24,056 nt of DNA from Octopus sinensis (Eukaryota): NCBI RefSeq assembly GCF_006345805.1, contig NW_021836472.1, forward strand, positions 1-24,056, given 5' to 3'. The notes beneath the pieces are model-generated. The model was not told where the DNA came from and did no database searches. It was given only the letters and a program-made list of their open reading frames with translations. Made by a program: the position numbers and the translations under genes. Shown one piece after another: positions 1 to 10,846 of the stretch. How positions within the stretch are numbered: the stretch's first letter is position 1; each line of letters opens with the position of its first letter.

Positions 1-57
1 AACTACTACCACAACCACCACCACCACCAAAACAACAGCAACAACAACAACAACACA
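1..57. repeat. Compound trinucleotide microsatellite (CCA/CAA/ACA)
   Basis: Direct reading: accaccaccacc...aacaacaacaac. Confidence 0.9.
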
Positions 58-98
58 GCCGCCACCGGCGACGCCGCAGCCATTTCTTCTTCTTTTTG

Positions 99-558
99 AG
101 TGAGAGAGCAGCACATGTCATCAAAGTGACACTGGCGTAAAATATACGAAACCCAGAATACCCACCATCACTACCCGTCTGGTAAGGGTACATCAGACAC
201 ATGCATCACAACCATATGTGCGCGACATGGTGATCTCATATCAAGATAAACAGCACATGACCTTGCAGGTGGGGCCCAGTTAGAATTTTCTTCAGGTCGA
301 GTAACCCATACCGCTCAAAAGGTCCCTGAATAAGGGTTGTTTAAGGATGTTGAACGAAACATCCTTGTTTCCAGAGGTGAATTATCCAAACCCCAAAGAA
401 TTCCTCTCAACACATGGCTATGATGCTCCCCCACTCCTTCTGCTCATGATCAGAGATGCATATATCGTCAGCCACTAAGGGACATGCTCAACTGGTTAAG
501 GTCAAATAACTGACAAGCAAATCTGTGGTATTGAGCAGAATATTGGCTGTAGCCCATC

Positions 559-562
<4 letters not shown>
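99..562 (-). mobile_element. Interspersed repeat, probably the 3' portion of a non-LTR retroposon
   Basis: About 460 bp of complex sequence between two microsatellites. On the minus strand it ends ...ctctctcactc followed by an A-rich (aag)n tail. Resembles an abundant Octopus repeat as I remember it; not verified by search. Confidence 0.55.
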
Positions 563-610
<48 letters not shown>

Positions 611-761
611 GTTATTATTATAATTATTATTATAATTATTAATATTATAATTATTATTATAATTATTATTATTATAATTATTATTATAATTATTATTATT
701 ATAATTATTTATAATTATTATTATTATAATTATTATTATAATTATAATTATATTATTATTA

Positions 762-802
<41 letters not shown>

Positions 803-832
803 ATCATTATATAATTATATTATTATTATTAT

Positions 833-887
<55 letters not shown>
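562..887. repeat. (ATT)n microsatellite with ATAATT variant units
   Basis: About 325 bp that are almost purely A/T triplets. Confidence 0.97.
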
Positions 888-1055
888 GGCGGCGAGCTGG
901 CAGAATCGTTAGCACGTCGGTGAAAATGCTGAACAACATTTTTTTTCGGGTTGTTTACGCTGAGTTCAGATCCCACAGATATCAACGTTGCTTTTTACCC
1001 ATTCGGGGTCAATATAAAAAGTACAAGCTGAGCACTGGGATGGGTGTAATCGACT

Positions 1056-1086
<31 letters not shown>

Positions 1087-1121
1087 AAAATTGCTGACCT
1101 TGTCTCAGAATTAGAAACAAT
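888..1121 (+). mobile_element. tRNA-derived SINE, family 1 (GGCGGCGAGCTGGCAGAA head)
   Basis: A-box-like TGGCAGAATCG and B-box-like GAGTTCAGATCC. Body is homologous to the reverse complement of the copies at 1390-2198. Internal (CT)n expansion. Confidence 0.85.
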
Positions 1122-1389
1122 CTTAATGGCTCTCATTTCTTCGTTTGTTTGCTTCTATTTGAATCACAAGACAACTCTCACGTGCGCATTCGTACACAAA
1201 CACTTGAAGCATACATAGACTCCCTTCACCCCCACCCCCGCCCCACACACGTACAACACATGCGCATTAAACAATAAGTGAAGACATTTAGAAAATGTGA
1301 GGAGATTCCTTCACTTGAAGGCGATGGTGGTAAAGAATGATCCTAACACGTTACGTTGGTAAGAACTGATAAATTCTCGAAACACGCCT

Positions 1390-1526
1390 AATGCATAACT
1401 GGTACTTATTTTATGACCCTGAAAGGATGAGAGGCAAAGTCGACCTCGGCGGACTTGGAACTCAGAACGTGAAGACGAGCTAAATGCCTCTAAACATTTT
1501 CCCCTCATGCTTAAAATTCATCCGCC
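1390..1526 (-). mobile_element. SINE family 1 copy A (degenerate head)
   Basis: ctggtacttatt...gaaaggatgagaggcaaagtcgacctcggcgg...gaactcagaacgt matches the other copies. Confidence 0.8.
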
Positions 1527-1546
1527 TTACTCAACAACTAAATATT

Positions 1547-1758
1547 AATTTCAAATTTTGGCACAAGGCCAGCACTTTTGGAGAGGGGTTACGTCAATTA
1601 CATCGACCCCAGTTTTCAGCTGGTACTCATTTTATCGACCCCCAAAGGGATGTAAGGCAAAGTGGACCCTGATGGCATTTGAACTCAGAATGTGAAAACG
1701 GATTAAATGCCTCTAAGCATTTTGCCCGGCGTGCTAACGATTTTGCCAGCTCGACGCC
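1547..1758 (-). mobile_element. SINE family 1 copy B (full length)
   Basis: Minus-strand head ggcgtcgagctggcaaaatcgttagcacgccgggc; tail ccttgtgccaaaatttgaaatt; flanked by about 20-bp direct repeats (1527-1546 / 1759-1778). Confidence 0.88.
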
Positions 1759-1801
1759 TTACTCAACAGCTAAATATTGACTCACGGAAACTAGAAATAT
1801 T

Positions 1802-2198
1802 CTTTTCTACTCTAGGCACAAGACGCGAAAATTTTGGGGAGGGGTCAGTCGATTAGATGGACCCCAGTACGCAACTGATAATTAGTTTATAGACCCCCCG
1901 AAAGGATGAAAGGCAAAGTCGACCTTAGCGGAATGTGAACTCAGAACGTAAAGACAGACGAAATTCCTATTTCTTTACTGCCCACAAGGGGCTACACACA
2001 GAGGGGACAAACAAGGACAGACAAACAGATTAAGTCAATTATATCGACCCCAGTGCGTAACTGGTACTTATTTAATCGACCTCGAAAGGATGAAAGGCAA
2101 AGTTGACCTCGGCGGAATTTGAACTCAGAACGTAACGGCAGACGAAATACCGATTCGCATTTCGCCCGGCGTGCTAACGTTTCTGCCAGCTCGCCGCC
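1802..2198 (-). mobile_element. Dimeric SINE family 1 element (full monomer about 1969-2198 plus headless monomer about 1802-1968)
   Basis: Two homologous bodies in tandem; intact head ggcggcgagctggcagaaacgttagcacgccgggcg on the minus strand; flanked by 43-bp direct repeats (1759-1801 / 2199-2241). Confidence 0.88.
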
Positions 2199-3118
2199 TT
2201 ACTCAACAACTAAATATTGACTAAATAAAACCAGAAATATTACAAAACAGGCAATCACGTGATGTGGCACTTGTTCGTCACCTTATTAATGTTAATTAAC
2301 CTTTGGGAAATCAAGAATCCACCAAAAAGTCCCTGTCTTCATATTGTAGACTGATTTATGTAGAGAAAGATGGTTTGTCGTTACCTTTGAACTCTGAACT
2401 GTGGATTAAAGTAACCCAGTTGTATAAAACAGTCGTTGTTGGATACTTGGAGGAACTACACCTGTTGGTGGTGGTTTCGATTCTGGAGTGAGACCGAATA
2501 CTTCCAGAGTATCTATATCTGTTTGTCATTCTATGTGTAATTAATTCCTCTACCTATGGACTATTGGAAATAGCAGTCAAATCTCTCAAGGATTATTTAT
2601 ACTCTGTAGCTTTAAATTAAACAATGAAAAGTGTAAAGTTATTTTATATTGCTAATAGTGAACAATGGCGTCGTTGGTTTGACATTCGTTCATTGTGTAA
2701 AGAAAGACGAGAGAAATAAGGAAGTGTCTGTAAGTCGGTGTAGAATAAACATTGCAATGGATATCCTTCTGGGGTGTTGGTTCTCTGAAGCTGATAAAGA
2801 CGGGATGGTCACAAGCTGGAATGTTTTCGATCTTAGTTATGCTCCAGCTGGGGCTGCTGTGGGCTAAACATCAGAACGATTACAACAACAACAACAACAA
2901 CAATAACAGCGATGTGTCAGTTATGAATACGAACTCGTCACCCTTGAGCAGGTAGTCGGGTGCCTTCATTTACTCGGATGTCCCAGCTCTTGTAGCGATT
3001 AGATTAACAAATAGGATGTAGACACGCCAAAGTTAGGCACCAACTGACAGAACACTGTAGAACCTGATGTTCTTTACAGACGTCATGATAGATGGGGAAC
3101 CGCAAACACAGTGCATGA

Positions 3119-3153
<35 letters not shown>

Positions 3154-3154
3154 T

Positions 3155-3195
<41 letters not shown>

Positions 3196-3201
3196 CGTGT
3201 G
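3119..3201. repeat. (GT)n microsatellite
   Basis: Direct reading. Confidence 0.95.
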
Positions 3202-4586
3202 TAATATCTGTTTATGTATTCGACAGGATGTTAGCTGTCTCTTTATGAGATATTTCGGTTACATCTGACTCACGGACAAGTGCAGGGAACGAAATCTCAG
3301 CCGTCAATTTCAAAGATCTGCCAAACCTTTTAAGCATTAAAAGATCGCAACGGTACCACAAACGAGGCATTTCCAGAGCAATTACATTCACCTAAAGCAG
3401 TCTCCCCGACCTCTCACCTTTCCTTTTTTTTCTCAAAACATCTATTTACTCTTTCGCTTGTTCGCAGGACCCCTCGCCATCGGTTAGCATGGGCAAGGAG
3501 AATTTAAACTAAATAAAACAATATAAAAAAAACCCTGTCTTCTTTACGGACACAGCATGATTGTCACACAATAGTGCAAGTGAGGGGGCCACACGCCGTG
3601 CTACCTATGTCATCTCGCTCGTTTATTAAGCATCTGTGATTGTTCTGAATGGTTTTCTAAATAGATAAGCAGTCCAAAACTCCATCACTGCTCGACTACT
3701 GAAACATTAACGTAATAACAGGATTCTTTATAAACATTGGCTTTTCAGTTTGGGATAAAAAGAAAAGAAAAGAAAACAAAACAAAAAAAACCCCCCAAAA
3801 AACAACCGTTTCCCTCCGTGCCCTTCGCCCTTTAAGGGACCTCAATATTACGGTGCACCTACCACTGAAATTCTGTTTGAAATATATTTACTTTATCCTC
3901 GCTTCTAACCATCAAGTTTTTTCCATCTGCTTTATTAATCATCTCCGCAGTGGAATCCCCACCGACGTTTGTTCTTCTTAAGTTCCCCCCTCCTCCTCCT
4001 CTCCCCTACCCCCCCCCCTTTTATTTGTTTCCCCTTTTTGTTTCTTTCGTTCCGCTGTTATTTTAATCTGAACTGCAATTCCAATTAGAAAGGAGACTAT
4101 TAAACAAAAGATATCTTAACTGATATGTGTATGTGTGTGCGTATGTATACATATACACACACACACAAATATGCACACACACACACACACACACACACGC
4201 ATATATATACAAGCGGTAATGCTTCGATAAATATTTCTCTGATGTTAAACTATCAACAAGAATGGGAGCAACAAAGAATGATCAAAAGAAACAATAAAAC
4301 ACAGCCAAACAAACAGACGGCCATTTACCATTTACTGCTCCAAGAGGGGTCCAGGAAATATATCCGTGCAACCGCGCACACATACACACACACACACACA
4401 AGTATTTATTTATTCATATATATCTGTGTGTATTTCCACTCCCACGGTGCTTACACCCCAACTAAACACATTATTATAATACAACAGAAAAACGTTTTGC
4501 TTTTTTGACTCAGTAATGTTAACGCCTCGCTCGCTCGCTCTTCATCCTCTATCCGGTCTCGCGAATACACAGTACACCAGCATCGT

Positions 4587-4678
4587 AATAATGATAATAA
4601 TAATGATAATAATAATGATAACAATGATGGTGATGATGATGATGATGATGATGATAACGATGATGATGATGATGATGT
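4587..4678. repeat. Graded (ATA/ATG)n trinucleotide microsatellite
   Basis: aataatgataat grading into gatgatgatg; it explains the poly-I/M/H ORFs in the track. Confidence 0.93.
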
Positions 4679-5062
4679 GTACACGATGCATGGGACGGGT
4701 TATGTTTGCATATGTGTATGTGCGCCTCATTGCATATGTATTGATATATATATGTACGTGTGTGTGAACAAATATACACATACATTAACATGTACATATG
4801 CGACCATATGTATATATAAAAGAGTGTATATATAGAGATGTACTCGCATAGCAAGTGATTTGATCTGAGATCGTGTGTTGAAACGAAAACAATTGCTCAG
4901 ACGCAGCACGGATTTTTGTCAGTGAACAGGTCGCGGATTTTAGCGACGAAAATATTTTGACAAATTAAACTTAAATGTTGAAGTGAATCGAACGGCTTTT
5001 GTGTGTTTCTTAGATGGCTTACAAACACCTTCCACGCTGCAAGTGTATATATATATATATAT

Positions 5063-5213
5063 ATACAAAATAAGAAAATGGAGAAACACATCTTAATCAA
5101 TGATCAACTACCAGATAATACCCAATCACATAATTTATTAAACCACTACATATGAACATTAAGGGTAGTTGATCATTGATTAAAGTGTATTTCTCCATTT
5201 CCTTATTTTGTAT
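5063..5213. repeat. Inverted repeat: 50-bp arms (46/50 match) with a 51-nt spacer
   Basis: 5063-5112 is the reverse complement of 5164-5213 apart from 4 transitions. Confidence 0.92.
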
Positions 5214-5510
5214 TATTAATTTGTGGTAAATCATTTTACCTTTGCCCATATAATATAGTAAATGAATTAACTGCATCGCAGTTCTTAACATTTATGTATT
5301 AACTTTGTTGGGTACTTCACTAGCAATATATTGGATATATGTTATCCCATGGAGGGTTGCATTTACAACCCCTATCTCAATTTGTATATATATATATAAA
5401 TATATATATTTGTTTGTATGTATATATGTGTATATAAAATACGTGTGTATATATTATATATCAATAAATTATATATACATTATATATACATTAATATATA
5501 TCTATTTGTG

Positions 5511-5712
5511 TTCTTTTATTTCTTTCAGTCATATGACTGCGGCCATGCTGTAGCACCACCTTTAGTCGAAAATATCGCCACCAGGACTTATTCTTTGTAA
5601 GCCTAGTACTTCTCTCGATCTCTTTTGCCGAGCCGCTAAGTTACGGGGACGTAATCACACCAACATCGGTTGTCAAGCGATGGTGGAGGGCGGGGAGAAA
5701 CACAGGCACACA

Positions 5713-5751
<39 letters not shown>

Positions 5752-5835
5752 CGGGTTTCTTTCAGTTTCCGTCTACCAAGTCGACTCACCATGACTTTGG
5801 TCGGCCAAAGGCTATAGTAGAAGACACTTGCCCAA
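5511..5835 (-). mobile_element. SINE family 2, 5'-truncated (no tRNA head), with internal (TA)n
   Basis: Shares gactgcggccatgctg, ctctt(t)tgccga and tttcagtttccgtct...ggctatagt blocks with 11964-12360. Confidence 0.82.
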
Positions 5836-6029
5836 ACGTGTACACAGACACACACGCTCACACATGCACACGCACATACACATAAGGGTCTAAGGGAAAT
5901 ATCTCAAAATGGCCAGTGAAAATGGATATACACAATTAAAAATAAAGGTATATCAAACACCATACAAGATAAATAATTGATTTGTTGAATTTCTTTTCTC
6001 TTCGTTGAGGAAGAAAAAACAAATACCCA

Positions 6030-6147
6030 GCCTGCTCGCTTAGCCAGCGGGGTGGCGTCATTGAAGGCTAAAACAATGTGAAGCGCATTGTGACTAGCGA
6101 TGTGTAGCAACATCTGATAGCCTGGCCGGTCACAGTGATCACGTGAT
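6030..6147 (+). mobile_element. 3' tail fragment of SINE family 3 (CACGTG-tail type)
   Basis: gcctgctcgcttagccagcggggtggcgtc...gatcacgtga matches the reverse complement of about 19085-19200. Confidence 0.85.
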
Positions 6148-6169
6148 ATATTATATATATATATATATA

Positions 6170-6200
<31 letters not shown>

Positions 6201-6261
6201 TATTTCGTTTTTGGATTTGGTTTGCAAGATTCTTTATATGAGTTCGTGTGTTGAAGTATAT

Positions 6262-6426
6262 TCTGTTGTGTCTGGGGCGAGTCATTTTCTTTTTGTGCCT
6301 TATAATTTAACACACTCGCCGGTTAAATTTTAAAATGAAAATAAGAAGTAAGTGGAAATTTTACCGGTGAGTGTGTTAAATTATAAGGCACAAAAAAAAG
6401 AAAATAACTCTCCCCAGACACAACAG

Positions 6427-6427
<1 letters not shown>
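6262..6427. repeat. Foldback inverted repeat: about 70-bp arms, 25-nt spacer, inside a (TA)n-flanked cassette
   Basis: tctgttgtgtctgggg...gtgccttataatttaacacactcgccgg (6262-6330) versus ccggtgagtgtgttaaattataaggcac...ccccagacacaacaga (6356-6427). Confidence 0.93.
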
Positions 6428-6493
<66 letters not shown>

Positions 6494-7037
6494 AAAACCG
6501 AAAAAGGACTAAATAATCTACACCAAAACCCCGAATGCTAAAGTCTGTGTTTTACGTTACTCGTTTTCTTTGTTATTTTTCTGCCGGTAAGGTCTTAAGG
6601 AACCAAGAGTTCCGACATTTTATTGGCCCTCAAACATAAGATTCTGCTTCTATAGTCTGCTGACAAAAATCTCTGAAATATTAACGACTGGAACTTAAAT
6701 CAGTGTTTCTAAGAATCGCTTTCGTTAACCATTTGACTGGAATTATAGAAAAAAATTCTTGGAAAATCTCAACTGAAGCCGCACAATTCATTGGAAAAAA
6801 AAAAGACGTCATCGACATACGAGTTTAATTTTTCTTATTTTGAGGCGAAATGAAGTGTGTGTGTGTGTGTGTGTGTGTTGTGTGTGAGTGTGTGTGTGTG
6901 AGAGAGAGAGAGTTTGAGCTTGTAACAAGTGATAGTATAATGCCCTCCAAATGTTTCCGTTAACAAACCACGTAAAATCGGTTAAGATGTGTGTAAAACA
7001 ATTTAGCCTAGGGACCCCTGTAGGGAAATTGTTTTAT

Positions 7038-7039
<2 letters not shown>

Positions 7040-7105
<66 letters not shown>

Positions 7106-7209
7106 ACATACACACAAATATGTGAGTGTATGTGCGTGTATGTATGTATATATACATACGTTCATACACGTTCGTTGGCGAAATCGTTTAAAAAAAGAAT
7201 ATATGTGTG

Positions 7210-7240
<31 letters not shown>

Positions 7241-7260
7241 CATATACATACATACATATG

Positions 7261-7308
<48 letters not shown>

Positions 7309-7426
7309 TATATATATCTATATATATATACATATAGGCCTGCATATGTATATGTATAGATATGTATATATTATATATATATATGTACGGATGTATTTAT
7401 CTATGAATGTAGATGTCTATTAGTGA

Positions 7427-7467
<41 letters not shown>

Positions 7468-7490
7468 AGAGAGAGAGAGAGAGCGAGAGC
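7040..7490. repeat. Compound (CA)n/(TA)n/(GA)n microsatellite block
   Basis: Direct reading. Confidence 0.92.
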
Positions 7491-7898
7491 AAGAGAGAAG
7501 GTATCGTAGAAGTTATGGCTTGTGAAAAATGCTGCATCGATGGATCATTCCACTGAAACGTGCTTAGTATCTACGTTTTGAGTTCGATTCCTTCATCTAT
7601 AGAAATCAATAAATCAATAAATACTTGACCTTTTATTTACTAAACAGTAAGCGTTCAAACTGGACTGGCTGAGAATCGATCCTCTGTCCTTCCTTCAACA
7701 CATGTATGCTAATCTGAGAAAGTATTTGTTTAAAACACCCATTAATATATTTACTGAGATGATTGTTTTGAGGCTGGGGGTAATGCCATCCTGTATAGTT
7801 GTGTTTTGTTGTTGTTTCAGACCATCCATTTATGACCATTCCATTTGTTATTGATATCAAAGATTTCTTCAGAGCAGAAGGGTATAATTTGAGGGGGG

Positions 7899-8280
7899 TG
7901 GAGGCGCAATGGCCCAGTGGTTAGGGCAGCGGACTCGCGGTCGTAGGATCGCGGTTTCGATTCCCAGACCGGGCGTTGTGAGTGTTTATTGAGCGAAAAC
8001 ACCTAAAGCTCCACGAGGCTCCGGCAAGGGATGGTGGTGATCCCTGCTGTACTCTTTCACCACAACTTTCTCTCACTCTTACTTCCCGTTTCTGTTGTAC
8101 CTGTATTTCAAAGGGCCGGCCTTGTCACTCTCTGTGTCACGCTGAATATCCCCGAGAACTGCGTTAAGGGTACACGTGTCTGTGGAGTGCTCAGCCACTT
8201 ACACGTTAATTTCACGAGCAGGCTGTTCCATTGATCAGATCAACCGGAACCCTCGTCGTCGTAACCGACGGAGTGCTTCC
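7899..8280 (+). mobile_element. tRNA-derived SINE family 3, full length, with a 12-bp target-site duplication
   Basis: A box TGGCCCAGTGG, B-box-like GTTTCGATTCC; AATTTGAGGGGG at both 7886-7897 and 8281-8292. Confidence 0.92.
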
Positions 8281-8440
8281 AATTTGAGGGGGATTTGGCT
8301 GCCATTCTAGCAAGTCGAGCAATGGTGTAAAAGCCTCCTTCTTGATGTGAAACATCGAATGTTCTTGGGAATTTCATATCACAACAACTCATTTCACGTT
8401 CGAGTACACTAGCAGTAAAGACGACATTCTTTCAGCATGT

Positions 8441-9550
8441 TATTAGGTCCTCAAGTAAGTAATTTTTGGTAAGGTATATGGTAAATTTTGACAGCTGCTC
8501 ATTTTGCACCATTATTATATTTTGACAATCTTTATTTTTTGTTAGAAAGCTGACACATCTATTTCTTTATTCTAACTCCTTTTACGCTTTATAAAGTATT
8601 TATAAATCGGAAATTCGTACAGTTTAGAAATATGAGTTCTTTCTTGGAAATACAGCATCACAGACAGTTCGGAATATTAATGGAGTATTTCATTCTATTG
8701 TTACTACACAGCTGACAGTATCAAATTGGTTTGCAAAATTTCTTTCGGGTAACTTTGAACTCACAAATGAGCAATACGGTCAATCAGAAACAAAGGTGGA
8801 TAATGACAAACTGAAAGCCACCGTTGAGTCAGATCCATCTCAAAGTGCTCATGAATTATCGTTGTTGTTTGGTGCTAGCAAGCAAACAATATTGACTCAC
8901 CTGGTTCAAATCGGTAAAGGGTAAAACTTGGATAAGAGGGTTCCACATTAACTCAATGAAAATCAGAAACAGCAACGTTTGGAAGCCTTGCGTTATGCTA
9001 CTTCCTCGTCACAAAAATGAATAATTTGTGAATCGAATTGTAACATGTGATGAGAAATGGATCTAATACAAGAACCGTCAACGTTCAGCACAATGGTTGG
9101 ACAAAGACGAACCACCAAAACACAGTCCAATAAGCAAAATTCGCCAAAAGAAGCTGATGGTGTGTGTTTGGTGGTGTGGCGCAGGTGTGATCCTTTATCA
9201 TTTCATTAAACTTGGGCCATCAATCACGGCTGAAGTATATTGCAGCTAACTGGACCAAATGATCCGGAAACCTAAAAAAAAAAATAAAAACAGCCTAGAT
9301 TAGTCAACAGATTCACTCCTATTTTATTGGAAGACAACGTCAGACCACACATGGCAAAAATGCCCCCACTGACTACCACTTCTTCCAGAATTTGGATAAC
9401 TTTTTGATTGGAAATAATTTTAATTCCGACGATGTTGTAAAACATGCCTTCCAAGATTTTATTGACTCTTACAGATTCCGTGCTGGACAAGATACCGCTG
9501 AAATGGCAAAAGTGCTTGACATTATGAGTGCATACTTTGATGAATAAAAC
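8441..9550 (+). mobile_element. Decayed mariner (Tc1/mariner superfamily) DNA transposon
   Basis: Left end TATTAGGTCC..AAGTAATT resembles mariner TIRs and precedes the transposase remnant. No right TIR is visible; a microsatellite follows the stop. Confidence 0.85.
8598..9547 (+). pseudogene. Mariner DD34D transposase pseudogene (stops, frameshifts, internal deletion)
   Basis: Manual translation gives KSEIRTV*KYEF, TVSNWFAKFLSGNFEL, RVPH*L (from WVPHEL), RIVTCDEKW (D1 at 9049), KLMVCVWW, LEDNVRPH (D2 at 9333), TDYHFF (D3 at 9371), KWQKC and YFDE*. Confidence 0.93.
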
Positions 9551-9552
9551 TA

Positions 9553-9599
<47 letters not shown>

Positions 9600-10134
9600 G
9601 TATATATGTGTATGGAAGCATGTACATGAATGTTTGTGCGTATATGTGTGCATGTCGGTTTTAACGAGGAGTATTGAGTTGTTCAATCAAATGAACGTCC
9701 GACTCATTAAATTGACGAAGTATTTCACAATCACGTGTAACCCACAACGGAATTCTCAACCGGAAACAACATGAAACAATGTGGGACAGGGTTACACCTT
9801 TGAATTATTGGTACAATCCACCTGAAGGGCTTTACACAGTCTCCGCCTGCCCTGTTTTGCTCACATGGTTTGAGTCGTCTCGAGCCGCAAGAGAAATTCT
9901 CATAAAAGTTTTTTTTTAAAAGAACCTCTATATGTATTGAGCACTCCTTTTCTCATTCGTTCGAAATGATGCAAAGTGTGTGTAAAGGGGGGGGGTGTAA
10001 CTTGTTCTGCAGCTGTCTGGCCTAAAATGAGCGATCTATATTAAATTCAGATTTAATATTTGCAACCATTCACATATTAAACGCACGGCTTGCATTCCTT
10101 GCATTCGTGCAGAAACACACGCACGCACACACAA

Positions 10135-10177
<43 letters not shown>

Positions 10178-10537
10178 GAATCTAACCTGTCCTGTTATGC
10201 TAAGAGACTAATTATCTTGTAAAAATGAGAAAAAAAAAAGCGCAATAAAAATAAAGATAAATATAAAAAAATAAAAGTAAAAATATCAGGGAAAATATGC
10301 GACATAAATACCTAATTTATGATAAAAAGGGGATTGGCAGGCGTTCAGTTATGTAATCGGTAACAGTATCATTTTCTAAGTCGTAGGTTCGTGGTTCGGA
10401 TTCCATCAGTGGAACTGTTTTTCTCTTTTATGTCAACTTGGAACATATATCTAATATCAGTCTTTGTTGAAAAATCTTAGCATTTAATTTAGCCATTACA
10501 CACACACATAGATATATGCATGTATGTACGCGCGCGA

Positions 10538-10540
10538 TTC

Positions 10541-10571
<31 letters not shown>

Positions 10572-10811
10572 CTGTCTGTCTGTGTGTATGCGTGTGTATG
10601 TGTGTGTGTGTGTGTGTGTATGTGTGTATGTGTGTGTGTGTGTGTGTATGTGTGTATGTGTGTGGCTGTGTGTCTGTCTGTGTGTATGTGTCTGTCTGTC
10701 TGTCTGTGTGTATGTGTGTGTCTGTGTGTGTGTGTATGTGTGTATGTGTGTGTCTGTGTGTCTGTCTGTCTGTGTGTATGTGTGTGTGTGTGTGTGTGTG
10801 TGTTGTGTGTG

Positions 10812-10845
<34 letters not shown>
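10538..10845. repeat. Long compound (GT)n/(GTCT)n microsatellite
   Basis: Direct reading; source of the poly-CV/TH ORFs. Confidence 0.96.

Positions 10846-10846
<1 letters not shown>

Noticed and set aside
1527-2241. Short direct repeats separated by longer sequences, superficially CRISPR-like
   Set aside because: The 'spacers' are 200-400 bp homologous SINEs, the context is eukaryotic and there are no cas genes.
7900-7975. tRNA-like sequence with A and B boxes (also at about 19312-19387)
   Set aside because: It continues into a shared SINE body and has a TSD; it is a SINE head, not a tRNA gene.
9272-9595. 107-aa minus-strand ORF
   Set aside because: Antisense shadow of the mariner transposase remnant.
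10340-10415. Possible tRNA-like head (ggttcggattcc); similar B-box-like gagttcgattcc near 7580
   Set aside because: Too degenerate, with no A box or recognisable body to confirm.
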